Source: Octopus sinensis (lineage: Eukaryota). Taken from it: 12,096 bases of DNA. The notes below the pieces were generated by a model. It did no database searches. It had not been told where the DNA came from and was given only the letters and a program-made list of their open reading frames with translations. Position 1 is the first letter of the stretch, and each line of letters opens with the position of its first letter. The DNA is taken from the NCBI RefSeq assembly GCF_006345805.1, contig NW_021826724.1:1-12096 (forward strand), in the 5' to 3' direction. Shown here in pieces: positions 7,804-12,096 of this stretch. The translations under genes were made by a program, and so were the position numbers.

Positions 7804-9562
7804 AAAAATCGAAAGTACTGAATCAAAGTGAGGTTGTCAGTATCTGCATAGATATTTGGGTTCGGGTTAACTTCATGATCAGATTGTATTATATTTAATT
7901 ACTTAGTTCTACATATCCTTATATTCAAAGCGGAAGAAACGTGTACGGAAACGAAAGTTGTTTTGTCCCTCACAAATTATAACTCTACAACAATCATGTA
8001 AATACTGCAAAGGTCTACATCTGTTCTTGAAATATATTTGACGTTTCGCCATCATAAAGGCTAATCTTACGACAACTGCTTTCTTATAATATACATTAAA
8101 CCTTACTAATCCTCTGTGCTATCTGTATTGGAAACCTAAGAAAACAAAACTTCATGCAATAAGCATATTAATATTAACCTAGTTAAAAATATATCTCTTG
8201 GGCTTTCAAATATTTCTGCCATTAACTAAATCTGAATGATTCATCTGTTTATTACACTGACGTTCTTTTCAGATGAAGATATGAAGACGATCTAGGTCTG
8301 TTTATTGAAGACAGCATGAGAACTGGAAGCCACGGAAATTGGCAAAGGAACATTAATATGTATTGCTCTTTTAATTTTGAAAAACTTTCCTGAAAATTAC
8401 TGAAGAAACATTTCTCTTTTAGCTGGAGGACCTTAAAATCTTTAATAAAATTACTTGAAAATCTTTTCTCCTACTAATCTACCATTTCATAAATTATTGA
8501 CTCATAGAAACTTTCCAAACTTAACCAAGCCGCTGCTTACCTATCAATAATGACTACAAGGGCATTAAGCGCAAGAGGCAGTTCAAGGTCCAATTTCTAG
8601 TTAAAGATATCGTATTCCAATGTGTTGTAGAAATCAATACCTTACCAGAGGTATATCTTTATCTCACCTCCAATCCATTTATATTTCATTTGTACCAGCA
8701 CACACATATATTTTATAACGCAATCCGCTTATCTCATGAATTTTGAAACAAATATCAAACCAAATATCTTGGAACGCAACTTTCATTCCTAAACAAAATC
8801 ATAATCCGATAATAAAAGACCTTACAACATTTGCACGACTGAGAGCTTTGAAATACATATTTCTTTAAAGCTTTCATCCTCAACAGCTACTCAAAATGGA
8901 GTATTTAAAAATTGTAGACAATTTACATCTATCAGATATCCCATTAGATAACATAGCATTGCATATTCTATGACCTACCGTTTAACTAGTTTAACACGCC
9001 ACACCAACCATATTTTAGCACATGCCTATACCTCTATTTAATTTACATAGGATCTAAAACCTGACTTTATTTCTGCTATCTCGCTTACTTCTCGAATCTG
9101 CAGGTATATACCTTTATAGTTTTAGAATTAATCTTTCCAACCTCCATACGTTGTATTTCATATTTTCTTTTATCTTAATTCAATTGTTTTCAGATATCTG
9201 TGCAGATCATAGCTAAGTTCAGTCGTAATATTTTCCCATAAAGGTTTTTGAAGTTGAAATATTAAAATAGAAGGTAAAACAGTAAACATTTTTTTTTGTT
9301 TAGCAGTAATTTCCATTTCTTTATTCCCAACATGCATTGAAGCGGCTTCATAAAACTCTATTAAATGTATTTCCCAATATTTCATACAAACAATGTTATT
9401 CCCATATACATACATAAATACATAAATATACACACGCATACAGAGATATGGGTACCTTGTGTGTGTGTGCGTGCGTGTGCGTGTGTGTTTGGGTATTTCT
9501 GTATTTCTATACAGGAATAACAGCTTTCTTTTGTATCGAAAGCATGACTGGTTTCTAAGACT

Positions 9563-9610
9563 CAGTTTTGCTTTCCATAAAATGCCCAGTTTTGCTTTCT
9601 ATAAAACGCA
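9563..9610. repeat. 24-bp tandem duplication
   Basis: cagttttgctttccataaaatgcc / cagttttgctttctataaaacgca. Confidence 0.9.
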
Positions 9611-9783
9611 CAAAGATATCGATACGCACACGGACATTATGTCGTAAAAGAATTTACATAATAAACATGCATTTAACTGCGCTTTGTAAATAGGCAACAT
9701 GGCTAAAACCATACAGTTGTATTTGCATACAAGAATGAAGAACGGGTTCGCCTGGTTTCCGCAGTTCGTATTTGGTATTTATG

Positions 9784-9882
9784 AGTGTCAAACACTTATA
9801 AGTGTCAAACATTTATAAATGTCAAACACTTAGAAGTGTCAAACACTTATAAATGTCAAACACTTATAAGTGTCAAACACTT
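9784..9882. repeat. 17-bp minisatellite, about 5.8 copies (AGTGTCAAACACTTATA)
   Basis: Units start at 9784, 9801, 9818, 9835, 9852 and 9869, each with 0-2 substitutions. Confidence 0.97.
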
Positions 9883-10029
9883 TTGAGTGATTCAGCATCA
9901 TTTTGACAGTAGCAAAAAAAAAAAAAAAATGCATGTTATATGCTTATTGAAACTAAATACACTAATTTTCGTTTCTTCCTTGATTGTTTTTTTTCTTTCT
10001 GTTTTCGAATTTGGTATTTACATGTCTTA

Positions 10030-10233
10030 GGCGACGAGCTGACAGAATCGTTTGTAAAGTACTTTGCGAAATTTCATCCGTTCTGTACGTTCTGAGATCA
10101 AATTCCACCGAGGTTGACTTTGCATTTCATCCTCTCGGGATCGATAAAATAAGTTACCAGTTGATCACTGGGGTCGACGTAATCGATTCACCCTTACACC
10201 AATTTTGCTGGCTTTGTGCCAAAATTTGAAATC
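10030..10233 (+). mobile_element. tRNA-derived SINE, family A (copy 2)
   Basis: ggcgacgagctgacagaatcg...gagatcaaattcc...ggggtcgac...aaaatttgaaatc; aligns with 1211-1421. Followed by (ATC)n(ATT)n to 10279. Confidence 0.85.
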
Positions 10234-10279
10234 ATTCATCATCATCATCATCATCATCATTATTATTATTATTATTATT

Positions 10280-10869
10280 GAGTGAGAGAGCAGTTCATGC
10301 CATCAAAGTGACACTGGGGTAAAATATACGATGCCCAATATACCCATCATGACTACCCGTCTGATAAGGGCATACCAGGCACATGCTCACACCATATGTG
10401 CGCGGCATGGTGATCTCATATCAAGATAAACTGCACATGACCTTGCAGGTGGGCCCAGTTAGAATTTTCTTCAGGTTGAGTAGCCCATCCCGCTCAAACG
10501 GTCCCTGAATAAGGGTTGTTTTAAGGATGTTGAAAAACCCACCCATGTCTCCAGAGGTGAATTATTCAAACCCCAAAGAATCCCTCTCAACACATGGCTA
10601 TGATGCTCTCCCCCACTACTTCTGCTCGTGATCAGAGATGCACATTCGTCAGCCACTAAGGGACGTGCTCAACTGGTTAAAGTCAAACAACTGACAAGCA
10701 AATCTGTGGTATTGAGCAGAATATTTGCTGTAGCCCATCTTTTATACCAAGACAGAACAATGTACATGATAACACTCCCAATCAGTTAAGATCAGAAGCC
10801 ATCAGAGCCTCTGCCTGGTACTGCATCAGGGCATTCGATAACACTCCCAATCAGTTAAGATCAGAAGCC
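10280..10869. mobile_element. Unclassified ~590-bp interspersed element flanked by (TTA)n on both sides
   Basis: Higher-GC island between ATT tracts with no convincing ORF. An internal piece recurs at 7422-7503. On the minus strand it ends ...cactc-AATAATAAT, similar to the actg-AATAAT ends of the RLE elements. Confidence 0.6.
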
Positions 10870-10898
10870 TATTATTATTATTATTGTTGTTATTATTA

Positions 10899-10982
<84 letters not shown>
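10870..10982. repeat. (TTA)n microsatellite
   Basis: Long ATT run with a few GTT variants; source of the poly-N ORF. Confidence 0.97.
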
Positions 10983-10983
<1 letters not shown>

Positions 10984-11173
10984 GGCAGTGACCTGGCAGA
11001 AACTTTAGCACGCCGGGCAAAATGTTTAGCGGTATTTCTTCGTCCGTCTTTACGTTCTAAGTTCAAATTCAGCCAAGACCACTTTGTCTTTCATCCTTTC
11101 GGGGTCAATAAAATCAGTACCAGTTGAATACCGAGCTCGATGTTATCAACTTACTCACTCCTCTGAAATTGCC
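10984..11173 (+). mobile_element. tRNA-derived SINE, family A (copy 3, 3' end eroded)
   Basis: ggcagtgacctggcagaaactttagcacgccgggcaaaatgtttagcgg...aagttcaaattc...tttcatcctttcggggtc; aligns with copies 1 and 2. Confidence 0.85.
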
Positions 11174-11966
11174 GATCGATATTTACATTTCTTAGGTACT
11201 GACAACGTTCCTCAAAGAATATCGAGAACGCAGGCCATACGGAAGCCATGAAGGAAAGTATTAGACTCACGGTTGCTTACTCCTACACTAAACCTTACCT
11301 CTGTTAACAGAACGGGTGAAACTACAGACGTGGCGGCATTTTATTGTCGCTGATACACACCTTACACCGACCATTGCAACAAAAATTCCGTTGTTTGTTT
11401 GTGGTTTGAAAAATTTCGAGTCTTAAATGGTGTGGAGGCTTGAATCATAGATGAGTAGGAAACTGAGCATGACGGCTTACTTTAGTTTGTTGTATCTGAT
11501 TATCGGGACTAATAGCAAGATAGAGACTACAGAAAGCATAACGGAAGTTGCAGGAGAGTAACAAGAAGTATCTTCGCACCTCAACGTACGCTGAGGTACA
11601 TGCCCCGCCGTGAAGTAAACATCTCTCATACTTCTGTGAAATTTGAAGATTATTTGTTGAGTTTCCTTCGAACAGTCCTCCTTCATATGGAGTGCGTGAC
11701 AAGTTACTTGAGGGATTTCACCGAGAGTTTAAAACAGGCGTGTAACCCCTCACTTCGTTTAGCTGACCCGCCAATGCGTTAGTCAGGACGTGGAGCAGTA
11801 CCGTGGGGGAATCAATTCATGAATCCACAGGTGAGAGTGTGTGTCAGATGAGAGCTGGTAGCGGACGAATTGTCTTTCAATGGAATTAGTAGGTAACATA
11901 TCAAAAATACTGTCATTCCATGACATATCGTATCGGTGCCTTGACAGAATCGTTACAGTGTTGGAT

Positions 11967-12096
11967 GGAGGCGCAATGGCCCAGTGGTTAGGGCAGTGGA
12001 CTCGCGGTTTCGATTCCCAGACCGGGCATTGTGAGTGTTTATTGAGCGAAAACACCTAAAGCTCCACGAGCTCCGGCGGGTGGTGGTGGTGAACCC
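11967..12096 (+). mobile_element. tRNA-derived SINE, family D, 5' part (runs off window)
   Basis: A-box TGGCCCAGTGG 11977-11987 and B-box-like GGTTTCGATTCCC 12006-12018. No tRNA acceptor-stem closure, and it continues into non-tRNA sequence. Confidence 0.8.

Noticed and set aside
8036-8076. Third hammerhead on the minus strand (cguaaga-uuagcc...ggc-GAAACGUC)
   Set aside because: The core reads CGUAAGA rather than CUGANGA, stem II is out of register and stem I does not pair. At best a dead relic.
8533-8600. Minus-strand micro-exon (KLDLELPLALNALVVIID) ending at AG|GTAAGC
   Set aside because: Weak acceptor, no recognisable homology and no partner exons. Cannot be supported without RNA data.
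9170-9439. 89-aa minus-strand ORF, and ORFs at 11445-12055
   Set aside because: No recognisable domains, and lengths are compatible with chance.
9784-9882. CRISPR-like array
   Set aside because: Units are contiguous with no unique spacers, there are no cas genes, and the context is eukaryotic.

Overview
AT-rich, repeat-dominated eukaryotic DNA, probably intergenic or intronic. The microsatellite load and the SINE types resemble a coleoid cephalopod (Octopus-like) genome, which is inference from recognition and not a database result. No intact protein-coding gene is supported, and nearly all tracked ORFs are microsatellite or SINE artefacts. The window holds tRNA-derived SINEs of about four families and two (possibly three) 5'-truncated RLE-type (R4/Dong-like) non-LTR retrotransposon 3' ends stacked head-to-tail in a (CATA)n/(TAA)n array. 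It also holds a TA-flanked fold-back MITE, a probable non-autonomous Helitron and a self-complementary 17-bp minisatellite. The most notable signals are two type I hammerhead-ribozyme folds in (TA)n-embedded, Penelope-like islands. One is a canonical minimal fold on the minus strand (6045-6087). The other is a variant-core fold (7150-7212) inside a ~200-bp near-perfect palindrome, which is itself bracketed almost symmetrically by an inverted SINE pair.
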